This document shows positions 1 through 8,678 of a stretch of DNA of 64,000 nt, in pieces. Both the position numbers and the translations under genes were made by a program. A model generated the notes under the pieces. The model was not told the origin of the DNA and searched no databases. It saw only the letters and a list, made by a program, of their open reading frames with translations. The number at the start of each line of letters is the position of its first letter. Position 1 is the first letter of the stretch. The DNA is from a virus, in the IMG/VR virus record IMGVR_UViG_3300023174_000058, positions 32,001 through 96,000 of that record, one strand, 5' to 3'.

Positions 1-41
1 ATATTGGATGCGTACACTTTGCAAAAACTGTATAGAAAATT

Positions 42-311
42 ATGATATGGGAGATACTCCAAATGGACAATAAAAATTATACTCTTGTTATACGAACCGG
101 AACTGGTGTTTGGGATTCTAAGACAAGAGTTTGTTGCGATATTCATATGGCTAGACTTATACTTGATGCGATGCTACGAGCCCATCCAAAAAGCAATCGC
201 GGAGAAATAATTGACGGCGATCGTGATTATATTATGGACAGTCGAGTAAAACCAATGGTAAAAGTAATCAGGAGAGAAGATGGGATCATTATTGAGGACA
301 ATAACAATTAA
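42..311 (+). CDS. hypothetical phage protein
   Basis: 89-aa ORF in a tightly packed + strand gene run. Confidence 0.55.
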   Translation: MIWEILQMDNKNYTLVIRTGTGVWDSKTRVCCDIHMARLILDAMLRAHPKSNRGEIIDGDRDYIMDSRVKPMVKVIRREDGIIIEDNNN

Positions 312-534
312 ACAAGATCCACTAGAAGATTTTATGATTGATGATTGTCAGCTAATACAATCTATACTAATCGATAAAGGTTTTTATGCCACACTTGAGC
401 AATGCCAGATTTTGTGGAAAATGCATAGCGAGTGTTATGCAGCAGGATGGTTAAATCTTTATGAAAGCAAGGAATCAATTTATGATGCGATTAGAGTCTA
501 TTTTCACGAAGATAAAACCTTATTTGAATCGTGA
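280..534 (+). CDS. hypothetical phage protein
   Basis: 84-aa ORF with GGAG upstream, overlapping neighbours. Confidence 0.6.
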   Translation: MGSLLRTITIKQDPLEDFMIDDCQLIQSILIDKGFYATLEQCQILWKMHSECYAAGWLNLYESKESIYDAIRVYFHEDKTLFES

Positions 535-1051
535 TACTTTTACAGCAGAATTAGAATACCTTTGGATAAGATTTATTGATGTTGTATTTCGGCAACCTTG
601 GCATTGGTTTCGCTGTCATTTTATTCCCAAACATAAGTTTCACATTCTTGACCTACGCAGAGCCGGGAATGGTTATGCTTGGGGCTGGTACGATACAGAT
701 AGTCGCATGCTACACGCTTGTTTTCTTCTGCTAAAAGATTATGTTGAACTAGAGAAGCCATTTGAAAATGTTGATTGGGAAGAAAATGAAATTCATAGCA
801 ACGTAGCAAAAGAAATTCGTGAACTTTATCACTGGTGGACAGTAGAACGCCCAGCTTCTCGTAAGCAACTGCATGACGATTGGGAAAGTTGTCCAGAACA
901 TTCTCGTTTTGAAAAAGACGAAAACGGTGACTATAGAATCATCATTCCAGAATCACACAAAATTCTTACGAAACGGCAGTGGGATTACGAGCAAGAAGAC
1001 CAGCACAATCTTGAACGGCTTATAAAGATTAGAGGGTTCTTGTGGACGTAA
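461..1051 (+). CDS. hypothetical Trp-rich phage protein
   Basis: 196-aa ORF (ELYHWW...RLIKIRGFLWT); true start may be downstream. Confidence 0.7.
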   Translation: MKARNQFMMRLESIFTKIKPYLNRDTFTAELEYLWIRFIDVVFRQPWHWFRCHFIPKHKFHILDLRRAGNGYAWGWYDTDSRMLHACFLLLKDYVELEKPFENVDWEENEIHSNVAKEIRELYHWWTVERPASRKQLHDDWESCPEHSRFEKDENGDYRIIIPESHKILTKRQWDYEQEDQHNLERLIKIRGFLWT

Positions 1052-1254
1052 AATATAAATTTGAAATTGGTGATATGGTAGAGTTTACACTAACCGCTTA
1101 TGGTAGTCCCAAAGCATATCATGGAGTTATATCGGAACGGTATGGCGGCGTAGATCACTACTCAGGTAAGATGAGTGTTTATAAAATTTGTTGTCTAGAA
1201 AAACGAATGATAGAATTTACAATAAGCGAGATACTAATTATAGGAAAAGTTTAG
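1042..1254 (+). CDS. GDI-family small SH3/KOW-like protein
   Basis: N-terminal FEIGDMV motif shared with the array. Confidence 0.65.
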   Translation: MDVKYKFEIGDMVEFTLTAYGSPKAYHGVISERYGGVDHYSGKMSVYKICCLEKRMIEFTISEILIIGKV

Positions 1255-1266
1255 AGGAAAAAATGA

Positions 1267-1506
1267 TTGGAGCCAAGATTTGATGTTGGAGATATGATTG
1301 AACTAGTGCCAGAAAATTTTCCAGATGATTGGTATGAAGGCATAGGAATAATACTTCAAATAGAAAATGGAAAATATTCTGTGCATGTATTTAGTTTAGT
1401 CAAAACATCAAGAAAAAGACTAACAACATACGTATTAGGTGAAAAGAGAATTCAATTTTCTGTTGTAGAGGCCGATGAAAATGGCTATTTTAAATTACTA
1501 GCCTAA
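1267..1506 (+). CDS. GDI-family small SH3/KOW-like protein
   Basis: FDVGDMI motif, ends KLLA. Confidence 0.7.
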   Translation: MEPRFDVGDMIELVPENFPDDWYEGIGIILQIENGKYSVHVFSLVKTSRKRLTTYVLGEKRIQFSVVEADENGYFKLLA

Positions 1507-1525
1507 TTATGTTGGAGGTAGTTAA

Positions 1526-2107
1526 ATGGCGCTAATAACAGAGAAACAACTCAAAAGCATTTATCCTAATTGCTATCCAGATAAATTAAAACTATACTGT
1601 GAGGCATTTAATAATATATGGCCGCTGTTTGAAATAACAACTCCAAAACGCATCGCAGCGTTCCTAGGTCAAATTGGTGTTGAAAGCGGTGAATTGAAAT
1701 ACGATAAGGAATTACCAAGCAAATGGAATATGAAAAACCCAAAAGATCCAAGCGAAAAGGTTGGCACATTATACGAAGGGCGTAAGACTCTTGGCAACAT
1801 AATGCCCGGGGATGGTCCTAAGTTTATTGGGCGAGGTATACTTCAATTAACGGGCCGCGCTAACTACGTTGAATACAGCCGTAAATTAAAAATTGATTTA
1901 ACAACCAACCCAGACCTTGCTGCTACACCAGAAGTTAGTGTTAAAATTGCCTGTCAATTCTTTAAGGATCGTAAACTTATAGAAGCAGCAGATAAATGGG
2001 ATCTTGATACGGTAACTGAAAGAGTAAATGGAAAAGTTAAGCTGCATCACGATAAGCGAGTTGCTTACTCTGAGAGAGCTTTAAAAGTTTTAGAAGCGAA
2101 CGTTTAA
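1526..2107 (+). CDS. glycoside hydrolase family 19 (chitinase-like) endolysin
   Basis: AAFLGQIGVESG, GDGPKFIGRGILQLTGRANY, VTERVNG motifs typical of phage GH19 lysins; GGAGG RBS. Confidence 0.9.
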   Translation: MALITEKQLKSIYPNCYPDKLKLYCEAFNNIWPLFEITTPKRIAAFLGQIGVESGELKYDKELPSKWNMKNPKDPSEKVGTLYEGRKTLGNIMPGDGPKFIGRGILQLTGRANYVEYSRKLKIDLTTNPDLAATPEVSVKIACQFFKDRKLIEAADKWDLDTVTERVNGKVKLHHDKRVAYSERALKVLEANV

Positions 2108-2203
2108 TGGCCTGTGCTTCTAAAAACACTACAGGTGTCATGACAAGAGCTTGCACCTGTAGTGTCCTTATTAATCCCGCCTTGCGATAGTATCCTTGGC
2201 CCG

Positions 2204-2240
2204 ACGCCCCGCTGGAAACAGATGGGGCGTTTCTTTTTGT
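2204..2240 (+). terminator. intrinsic terminator after endolysin
   Basis: ACGCCCC...GGGGCGT hairpin followed by TTCTTTTT. Confidence 0.65.
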
Positions 2241-2268
2241 TGACATCCTATGTTACATGTGGCATACT
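2240..2268 (+). promoter_or_regulatory. sigma70-type promoter for the GDI array
   Basis: TTGACA-17 bp-CATACT directly upstream of ATG 2275. Confidence 0.6.
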
Positions 2269-2274
2269 TACCTC

Positions 2275-2529
2275 ATGGATAGCATATCAGATCTTAATCG
2301 CTTTAAGAAGATGAAGCGCGGCGATATTTGGCTTGATAAAGATGGCGATTATATCCTTATCAAAGATATCTACAAAGGTTGGCAAAAAGATAAAAAAACT
2401 ATAAAATGGGTTTGTATTGATGCTATTATTTTAAGCGCTAATTCCCAAGCCTTTATTGAAGCCAGTTATCATTCTGGATACTTTATTCAAGATTATGTGC
2501 CAGATTGTATTGTAGAAAAGGTAGCATGA
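2275..2529 (+). CDS. GDI-family small protein
   Basis: KRGDIW ... KVA; start moved to ATG 2275, just after the promoter. Confidence 0.75.
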   Translation: MDSISDLNRFKKMKRGDIWLDKDGDYILIKDIYKGWQKDKKTIKWVCIDAIILSANSQAFIEASYHSGYFIQDYVPDCIVEKVA

Positions 2530-2735
2530 TGAATTCTAAATTCGACGTTGGCGATATAATTATTAAAGATTTTCCAACAGCTGATCCTAATGATTATCGT
2601 ATTATAGTTAAAAAGTATAAAGGTTCTTTCTTTAATAAACAAAGATGGTTATACGATTATTATCATCTAGGAAATAATTATTTGGATTTTGATACTGTTG
2701 ATTATGTAGACCAAACGTTTAAGAAAGTCGCATAA
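2526..2735 (+). CDS. GDI-family small protein
   Basis: FDVGDII ... KVA; ATGA overlap with previous gene. Confidence 0.8.
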   Translation: MMNSKFDVGDIIIKDFPTADPNDYRIIVKKYKGSFFNKQRWLYDYYHLGNNYLDFDTVDYVDQTFKKVA

Positions 2736-2944
2736 TGGATAAATATTATTATGTAACGTTGCAGGATATATGTTCTGGTGATATTTTATGCAATAGATTT
2801 AATAAGGAAGACAAATATCTTGTACTTGACGATACAATAAACTTAACATTACTTGAGATAAACACAGGTCGTTATATTAATCCGACACCATTAGATTTAA
2901 TTCATAATTTTTTAAAGGTTCTTGACGATGTTTCAAGTGGGTGA
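2735..2944 (+). CDS. GDI-family small protein (divergent)
   Basis: CSGDIL motif; TAATG overlap. Confidence 0.7.
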   Translation: MDKYYYVTLQDICSGDILCNRFNKEDKYLVLDDTINLTLLEINTGRYINPTPLDLIHNFLKVLDDVSSG

Positions 2945-3095
2945 TATAGTAACATATATTGATGACCTTGACGGATTTCATTATCTTGTGACAAAGATAG
3001 ATCGTCATAAAGGAATTGAATTGCTTTGCTTAGAAGACGGTAGAACAACTTGGGATACTTACAAAGCAATGGATTGCTATGAGATTTATGCATGA
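2928..3095 (+). CDS. GDI-family small protein (55 aa, absent from the ORF track)
   Basis: manual translation MFQVGDIVTYIDDLDGFHYLVTKID...YEIYA*; ATGA overlap with next gene. Confidence 0.8.
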   Translation: MFQVGDIVTYIDDLDGFHYLVTKIDRHKGIELLCLEDGRTTWDTYKAMDCYEIYA

Positions 3096-3301
3096 ACCCA
3101 AGACCACAGACCGGCGACATCTGGGAAATCTACGGCCCAGCAGGGTACGGTCGTCCCGTACTCGTTGTTGACATTATATTTGATAAGCAGTATAATAGCC
3201 ATGTTGCTATTATGAAACACTTGACCGGGAATCAAATAGTTTTTGAAGCTCCTATTGTTTCTATTCGTCAAGGAGTCGGCATATGGCAAAAAATAGCATA
3301 G
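3092..3301 (+). CDS. GDI-family small protein
   Basis: PQTGDIW ... KIA. Confidence 0.8.
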   Translation: MNPRPQTGDIWEIYGPAGYGRPVLVVDIIFDKQYNSHVAIMKHLTGNQIVFEAPIVSIRQGVGIWQKIA

Positions 3302-3483
3302 ATAGTCTATATGATATTGGCGATATAGTACTTTATTTTGGAAAACATTATTGCCTAGTTGTTGATATCCTAAACCCACCAGCGAGTAACCTAAGCGTTT
3401 ATAAAATGTTAAATCTTAAAACAGGAGTAAAACAATCTTGGTTTACACCTGACGTTGACAGGAACAGCGAGTTTATCGCATGA
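3283..3483 (+). CDS. GDI-family small protein
   Basis: YDIGDIV ... FIA. Confidence 0.8.
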   Translation: MAKNSIDSLYDIGDIVLYFGKHYCLVVDILNPPASNLSVYKMLNLKTGVKQSWFTPDVDRNSEFIA

Positions 3484-3677
3484 CAAACCGATTTCAAATA
3501 GGTGACATAGTATCCTTTGACCAGCCCGTAGATATTTCTTCAGGTCAATTGAGTTATTTTATAATAAGCGACATAGATTTTACTATACAAAAATATACAG
3601 CTTTACTTATAGGAACAGACGCAACGTATACATATACAATCTATACAATGGATTCAATTTTCTATAAGGTGGCGTAA
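3480..3677 (+). CDS. GDI-family small protein
   Basis: FQIGDIV ... KVA. Confidence 0.8.
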   Translation: MTNRFQIGDIVSFDQPVDISSGQLSYFIISDIDFTIQKYTALLIGTDATYTYTIYTMDSIFYKVA

Positions 3678-3871
3678 TGTTTGCTATTGGTGACATTTGG
3701 ATGTGGACCAAAAATAGTGCCGATCATCCAACCGATCCAGAATATAATTATTTTCTTATTCTTGATGATGAGTGGGGACATAAAGTTCTTTATTTAAAAG
3801 ATGGTAGATTTGCGCATTATGCAACTGGCAATTTACAATACAATAAAGTTCATCTCAAGTTTATCGCATGA
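3677..3871 (+). CDS. GDI-family small protein
   Basis: FAIGDIW ... FIA. Confidence 0.8.
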   Translation: MFAIGDIWMWTKNSADHPTDPEYNYFLILDDEWGHKVLYLKDGRFAHYATGNLQYNKVHLKFIA

Positions 3872-4143
3872 GCAAGAAAAACAAAACGCCTAAATCAATA
3901 GGCCATAAATATAAATTTAGCTATCCTCCCAAGTTTGGTAAGGGAGACATCTTGCGCTATCATGTGCATGACACAGAGGATGCAACCTTTGGTGAAGATC
4001 ACCGGATTATGATCTTAGACATCAGAGAGTATTCGCTAAGTACTGAAAAGATGTTCCAGTACCTTTGTTATTGGCTTGACGAAGGACACTATGTAGAGTA
4101 CAATACTTGGTATGTAGATTTCCACTTTACGAAGGTAGCATGA
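3868..4143 (+). CDS. GDI-family small protein with basic N-terminal extension
   Basis: FGKGDIL ... KVA. Confidence 0.8.
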   Translation: MSKKNKTPKSIGHKYKFSYPPKFGKGDILRYHVHDTEDATFGEDHRIMILDIREYSLSTEKMFQYLCYWLDEGHYVEYNTWYVDFHFTKVA

Positions 4144-4343
4144 TGGACGCACCAGCCAAAGGCGATATTTGGATGGATGATGAAGGCCAGTGTTTTCTTT
4201 ATCTAACAGATCCTGTTTATAGCACGGATGGTGTTTTAAGAGCAACAACGCTATGGCTAAACACGGGGCTTAAAGAAAGAAGTGAATTTAGTTTTAATCC
4301 CGAAACACTTACACTTTATTATTGGTGGACAAAGGTAGCATAA
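4140..4343 (+). CDS. GDI-family small protein
   Basis: PAKGDIW ... KVA; ATGA overlap. Confidence 0.8.
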   Translation: MMDAPAKGDIWMDDEGQCFLYLTDPVYSTDGVLRATTLWLNTGLKERSEFSFNPETLTLYYWWTKVA

Positions 4344-4345
4344 CC

Positions 4346-4537
4346 ATGAAATATGATATTGGTGATATTGTTTATGCATCGTCTATTAATAGGCATGCGT
4401 TAATAACTAACTATCTAAAAGATGAGCACTTCCCAAAAGCTGGTTTTCTAAAGTATCAATTGTTTTGTTTAGAAGCCGGGACATTTCATGATGAAGACAT
4501 CGACAAGGCAGATGATCTTACCGTAAAGGTAGCATGA
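4346..4537 (+). CDS. GDI-family small protein
   Basis: YDIGDIV ... KVA. Confidence 0.8.
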   Translation: MKYDIGDIVYASSINRHALITNYLKDEHFPKAGFLKYQLFCLEAGTFHDEDIDKADDLTVKVA

Positions 4538-4725
4538 TGTACAAAAAAGGCGACATAATCAAGATGGAAGATCCTTATGGCCCTGCTGGATCGACATTTT
4601 ATAAACATTACTTGATCCTTGACACACGCCAGCATTACGTGTATAATGTTCTTTGTGTTGAAACGGGGAATGCAGATATTATGAATAAAAATTATGTTCG
4701 TAAACATGCGGAGTTTGTAGCATGA
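4534..4725 (+). CDS. GDI-family small protein
   Basis: YKKGDII ... FVA. Confidence 0.8.
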   Translation: MMYKKGDIIKMEDPYGPAGSTFYKHYLILDTRQHYVYNVLCVETGNADIMNKNYVRKHAEFVA

Positions 4726-4907
4726 GCAAACCACAGGTTGGGGACATTTGGGAATCTACTATTATTAATAAAAAGTATCTATTAGTAGAGCTTACATTTG
4801 AAGACGAAACTCATAAAACTTTCAGTGTCTTTCCTATTGGACATAACGATTCACTACTATTTGCGAATTTTTATAACGATCTAGCCGGATGGGAGTTTGT
4901 AGCATGA
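4722..4907 (+). CDS. GDI-family small protein
   Basis: PQVGDIW ... FVA. Confidence 0.8.
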   Translation: MSKPQVGDIWESTIINKKYLLVELTFEDETHKTFSVFPIGHNDSLLFANFYNDLAGWEFVA

Positions 4908-5095
4908 AACTCAAATACGAGAAGGGCGACATCGTAGGACTTTATGATAACTCTACAAAACAAATCTTTGAATACCTTCTTATCACAAACTTAGATTATA
5001 AATATTATCATTGCTATAGCTTGACTAACGGATGCGATAGCAAAGAAACTTTTTATGTTCTTGAGAAAGGTTTTTGGTCGGAGAAGGTAGCATGA
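4904..5095 (+). CDS. GDI-family small protein
   Basis: YEKGDIV ... KVA. Confidence 0.8.
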   Translation: MKLKYEKGDIVGLYDNSTKQIFEYLLITNLDYKYYHCYSLTNGCDSKETFYVLEKGFWSEKVA

Positions 5096-5286
5096 GCCGC
5101 AAATATAATAAGGGTGACATAATAAAAGCTGATTATCAAACTGACGGCAATATTTGGTATTTGCTTATTACCGATATACCAAAAGGTGGTTATCACTACC
5201 ACTACATTTGTTTAAATAACGGGCAGCAAGATCTAGCGGTATCAAGAATAATTGATACCTCGCCCCATTATAAATTATATGCCTAG
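5092..5286 (+). CDS. GDI-family small protein
   Basis: YNKGDII ... LYA; close paralog of 5717..5914. Confidence 0.8.
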   Translation: MSRKYNKGDIIKADYQTDGNIWYLLITDIPKGGYHYHYICLNNGQQDLAVSRIIDTSPHYKLYA

Positions 5287-5302
5287 CAGTGAGGGTAGCA
5301 TA

Positions 5303-5491
5303 ATGCGCGTAAAGGTTGGCGACATCATAGGCATCAGGCATTACAGCGGCGCTGGTGTCACAGAGGGCAACTATTATCTTATTACCAAAACCCGTAATCA
5401 TTTCCGCTATGTAGCTATCTTTCTTGGGGATGGCACAACAACCGAACTAGATAAAAGTTATGTTGACAACTATGGGGTAAAGGTGGCATAA
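5303..5491 (+). CDS. GDI-family small protein
   Basis: VKVGDII ... KVA. Confidence 0.8.
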   Translation: MRVKVGDIIGIRHYSGAGVTEGNYYLITKTRNHFRYVAIFLGDGTTTELDKSYVDNYGVKVA

Positions 5492-5724
5492 TGCCAGCAC
5501 AGAAGCACAAGAAGATCAAAAGGGAACCAAAGTATGCGGTGGGCGACATACTCCGCATGGATTTTGGTATACTTGGTCATAAAAAAGAGCGACTTGTTTA
5601 TTATGCAATCATAACCCGGGTGGGTAAGAGCAGCTATGACTACAATTACCTAGACAATTGGGAAGATGAAACTGAAAGCCATGACTTTGTGGACGAGCAC
5701 AAAGGGATAACACTCCATGCCTAA
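5491..5724 (+). CDS. GDI-family small protein
   Basis: YAVGDIL ... LHA. Confidence 0.8.
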   Translation: MPAQKHKKIKREPKYAVGDILRMDFGILGHKKERLVYYAIITRVGKSSYDYNYLDNWEDETESHDFVDEHKGITLHA

Positions 5725-5914
5725 ATATAAACCCAAGTACAAGGCGGGCGATATATTAAAAGCAGATTACGGGGTTGATGAGAAAGTTTGGTATATGCTG
5801 ATTACAAAAGTAGGAGTAAACCTATACGACTATCTTTATTTGAACAACGGGAAGCAAAGTCAAACAGCAATCATGGCGGTTGACCGCTCCCATTATATAA
5901 GGTACTATGCCTAG
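5717..5914 (+). CDS. GDI-family small protein
   Basis: YKAGDIL ... YYA. Confidence 0.8.
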   Translation: MPKYKPKYKAGDILKADYGVDEKVWYMLITKVGVNLYDYLYLNNGKQSQTAIMAVDRSHYIRYYA

Positions 5915-5928
5915 CAGTGGAGGCACTC

Positions 5929-6117
5929 ATGCCTAAGTATAATGTAGGCGACATCATAAATATAAATTATTATCCTGATGGCAGTAGTGGCTTCTATGCA
6001 CTAATAACCAGTATGGATGAGCGTACCTATTATTTCAACTATCTTGATACTTGGGAAGCTGATTGTTGGGACATTAGGATAGCAGATAGTGGATCATCCA
6101 TAACGTTCTATGCATAA
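5929..6117 (+). CDS. GDI-family small protein
   Basis: YNVGDII ... FYA; GGAGG RBS. Confidence 0.8.
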   Translation: MPKYNVGDIININYYPDGSSGFYALITSMDERTYYFNYLDTWEADCWDIRIADSGSSITFYA

Positions 6118-6133
6118 TAGTCGGAGCATCACT

Positions 6134-6322
6134 ATGCCTAAATATGATGTTGGGGACATTATAAAGATTACACCAATCGACGACTCTTCTAGAGCTTGGT
6201 ACGCGCTAATAACCAAAATGGATAGTAGTAGGTATTACTATTTCTATTTTGATAACGGTGATCCTGATTGGGCAGCTTTTGAAGGTCTTGATTATAGTGA
6301 CAGGATAAGCCTATATGCCTAA
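6134..6322 (+). CDS. GDI-family small protein
   Basis: YDVGDII ... LYA. Confidence 0.8.
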   Translation: MPKYDVGDIIKITPIDDSSRAWYALITKMDSSRYYYFYFDNGDPDWAAFEGLDYSDRISLYA

Positions 6323-6357
6323 ACATAATGTATAATTAGTGGCTAATTATTATAGTT

Positions 6358-6606
6358 ATGCCATCAGACAAACCATACGACCATCCAGATATCGGACCAC
6401 CACAATTTGATGTAGGCGACATAATAACATATCACATCATTACTACGGGCGGCGTAACAATAGAACATTACCATTGTCTTGTAATGGATTTATACTTTCA
6501 TCACATACAAGAACATTGGTATTATACCCTATTAAATCTAAATGGCGGCAGAACAGCAGATCATCCAACCCACCATATAGATGGGCATTTTCAACTTTTA
6601 CTTTAA
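6358..6606 (+). CDS. GDI-family small protein
   Basis: FDVGDII motif. Confidence 0.75.
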   Translation: MPSDKPYDHPDIGPPQFDVGDIITYHIITTGGVTIEHYHCLVMDLYFHHIQEHWYYTLLNLNGGRTADHPTHHIDGHFQLLL

Positions 6607-6660
6607 AACTTATCAATTCTTGTATGTTTATGCTACAATGCTAAAGTTGGGGAACATTAG

Positions 6661-7572
6661 ATGGGCATGAAACAGTGTAGCATTTGTAGACAGCTAAGAG
6701 ACATCGATAAGTTTGGATATGATAGTGGCAACCCAGATGGCCGCCATCGTGAGTGCAGGGATTGCAGAAAAATAAAAGATAAACAAATAAGAAACAAGCA
6801 TAATCCAAACAATATAGATCCACGCGATTGGATAGGCAAAGAGGAACCATTCCCAAACACATCGCTTATAATTAAATCTGCCGTTCGTGGTACCCCAATG
6901 GTAAGTGGGCGTAACGGGAAAAGTTATTATAATCAAAACGTACTTGTTGATTGCCTATGCGGCATCAAAGATATATCCCTGCGAACAACCAATATTAAAA
7001 AGGGGCACACTGTATGTTGCTCCTCAACTTGCCAATATTCCGTAAGAAACCAACAGGCCAAGTTAGCCGGTGAACAGTTTATACAAAAAGCAAAACTAGT
7101 TCATGGCGAGAAGTATGACTACTCAAAGGTTGCTTATAAGAATAAGGAAACAAAAATTACAATAGGTTGCCCAAAGCACGGGGAATACCAACAAAACCCA
7201 AGCAGCCATCTTGCAGGTAGAGGTTGCACAAGATGCACAAATAGTATCTCAAGGGGCGAAACTGATTGGCTTGATAGCCTCGGCATCCCAAAAGAACAAA
7301 GAAACATATGGATCTACATAGAGGGATATGGTAAGATAAAGCCAGATGGATACGATCCCCTAACAAATACAATATATGAATACCACGGTGATTACTTCCA
7401 CGGCAATCTAAAGATATACGAACCGGACGAAATAAACCGCAACAATAAAAAAACAATGGCCCAACTGTTCCAAGACACAGTTAAGCGTAGCGCAGCAATA
7501 AGGGATGCCGGTTATAATCTTGTATCAATATGGGAAAGCGATTGGAAGAAGCAGGGGAAGGGGAACCACTAG
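6661..7572 (+). CDS. putative homing endonuclease (Zn-finger/DUF723-like repeats plus Vsr-like nuclease domain)
   Basis: HGEKYDYSKV...CPKHG...HLAGRGC repeat; C-terminal PDGYD-YEYHGDYFHG-GYNLVSIWE. Confidence 0.75.
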   Translation: MGMKQCSICRQLRDIDKFGYDSGNPDGRHRECRDCRKIKDKQIRNKHNPNNIDPRDWIGKEEPFPNTSLIIKSAVRGTPMVSGRNGKSYYNQNVLVDCLCGIKDISLRTTNIKKGHTVCCSSTCQYSVRNQQAKLAGEQFIQKAKLVHGEKYDYSKVAYKNKETKITIGCPKHGEYQQNPSSHLAGRGCTRCTNSISRGETDWLDSLGIPKEQRNIWIYIEGYGKIKPDGYDPLTNTIYEYHGDYFHGNLKIYEPDEINRNNKKTMAQLFQDTVKRSAAIRDAGYNLVSIWESDWKKQGKGNH

Positions 7573-7591
7573 AAGGGGAAGGGGCATAGTA

Positions 7592-7813
7592 ATGCTAGAA
7601 ACAAAGTTCAAAAAGGGCGACATAATAATCCGTACAAGCGAGTGGGGCGACACAATAGCATTGGTAACAGGAGTAGAAGCCGCACAAGATACATTCCCAG
7701 ATGATTTGCCGTATTACCAATTATTGTACCTAACTAGCCCTTACTCAGAAATACCAAATAGCCAGCAACTAGCAACATGGATAGTAGATAAAATATATAA
7801 ACTAAAAAGCTAG
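7592..7813 (+). CDS. GDI-family small protein
   Basis: FKKGDII motif; start at ATG 7592. Confidence 0.7.
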   Translation: MLETKFKKGDIIIRTSEWGDTIALVTGVEAAQDTFPDDLPYYQLLYLTSPYSEIPNSQQLATWIVDKIYKLKS

Positions 7814-8500
7814 TAACCACTACCACCAGTACCAGTAGAAGGACGGCCACCACTAGGGCTACCCCTACTACCTATAGTTCTACCCCTACCCGTACCCTAT
7901 AACTATATCCATAGGTAGAGGTACCCCTAGTAGTACAGGGGAGGGGCGGCATAACAATAAAAAATATAGATAGGGATAACCATACATATAGATAAAAAAA
8001 AGTAAAACCCCTATAGCCCATATGGGAATGGGAAGGGGATAAAAAACATTAGTATAAATTATCTATAGGATCTAAAATATGGGTAGGGTAAAACTCTATA
8101 GACGGGGGATACCTACAGTAATAGAATATGGGATGCCAAATTTCACATACAATACATTGTAATTTATAAACTATATAAAAATATAGCACTTGTGGGGTAC
8201 GGAAATGCCAAGTATGAGGGGGCGGATAAAGCCTTTTCTGCCCCAAATTGGTGCAACTGCCCGAAATCAGGGCACTTTTTAGAAACAGCTATGCACATTT
8301 CCTCCCTATAAAAGGTGGCCCACACATGCTATAATAGACAAAAGGGTGCCATCCCCCCATAAAAAGGAGGGGCGATAATCCTAAATCTATATATTCTAAT
8401 CCTATTACTACAAGGCTAAAACCTCTATCCATCTTATTACAGGGATAGTATACTCCAGCATAATAGTTATGTCAATAGATGTTCCCCCTATAGAATAAAA
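7814..8500. other. long low-complexity non-coding region at the left edge of the GC-rich island
   Basis: no credible ORF; many CCCCTA/TAGGG, TACCAC/TACCAG and C/G homopolymer tracts; lies between convergent gene blocks. Confidence 0.55.
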
Positions 8501-8544
8501 AAAATGGGGTGGGGAGGGGGCTAGGCAGACGCGCAGGGCCTTTT
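8501..8544. repeat. 44-bp dyad element copy 1 (degenerate right half)
   Basis: AAAA-N12-GGGGCTAGGCAG-N12-TTTT. Confidence 0.75.
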
Positions 8545-8559
8545 TTTCAGCCCCCCAAT

Positions 8560-8603
8560 AAAAGGCCGGAAACCCCGGCCTAGCCCCCCGTCGCAGCCCT
8601 TTT
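8560..8603. repeat. 44-bp dyad element copy 2 (degenerate left half)
   Basis: AAAA-N12-CGGCCTAGCCCC-N12-TTTT. Confidence 0.75.
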
Positions 8604-8678
8604 ATTTTCGGCAATAGGAAACCCCCCGCTCCAGATAGGCAACGGGGGGCAGCCCTAAGATAGTGTTAGCCTTGCGAC

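Noticed and set aside
1042-7813. Diversity-generating retroelement producing the GDI variants
   Set aside because: No reverse transcriptase in the window and no TR/VR pair differing only at adenines; paralogs are diverged throughout.
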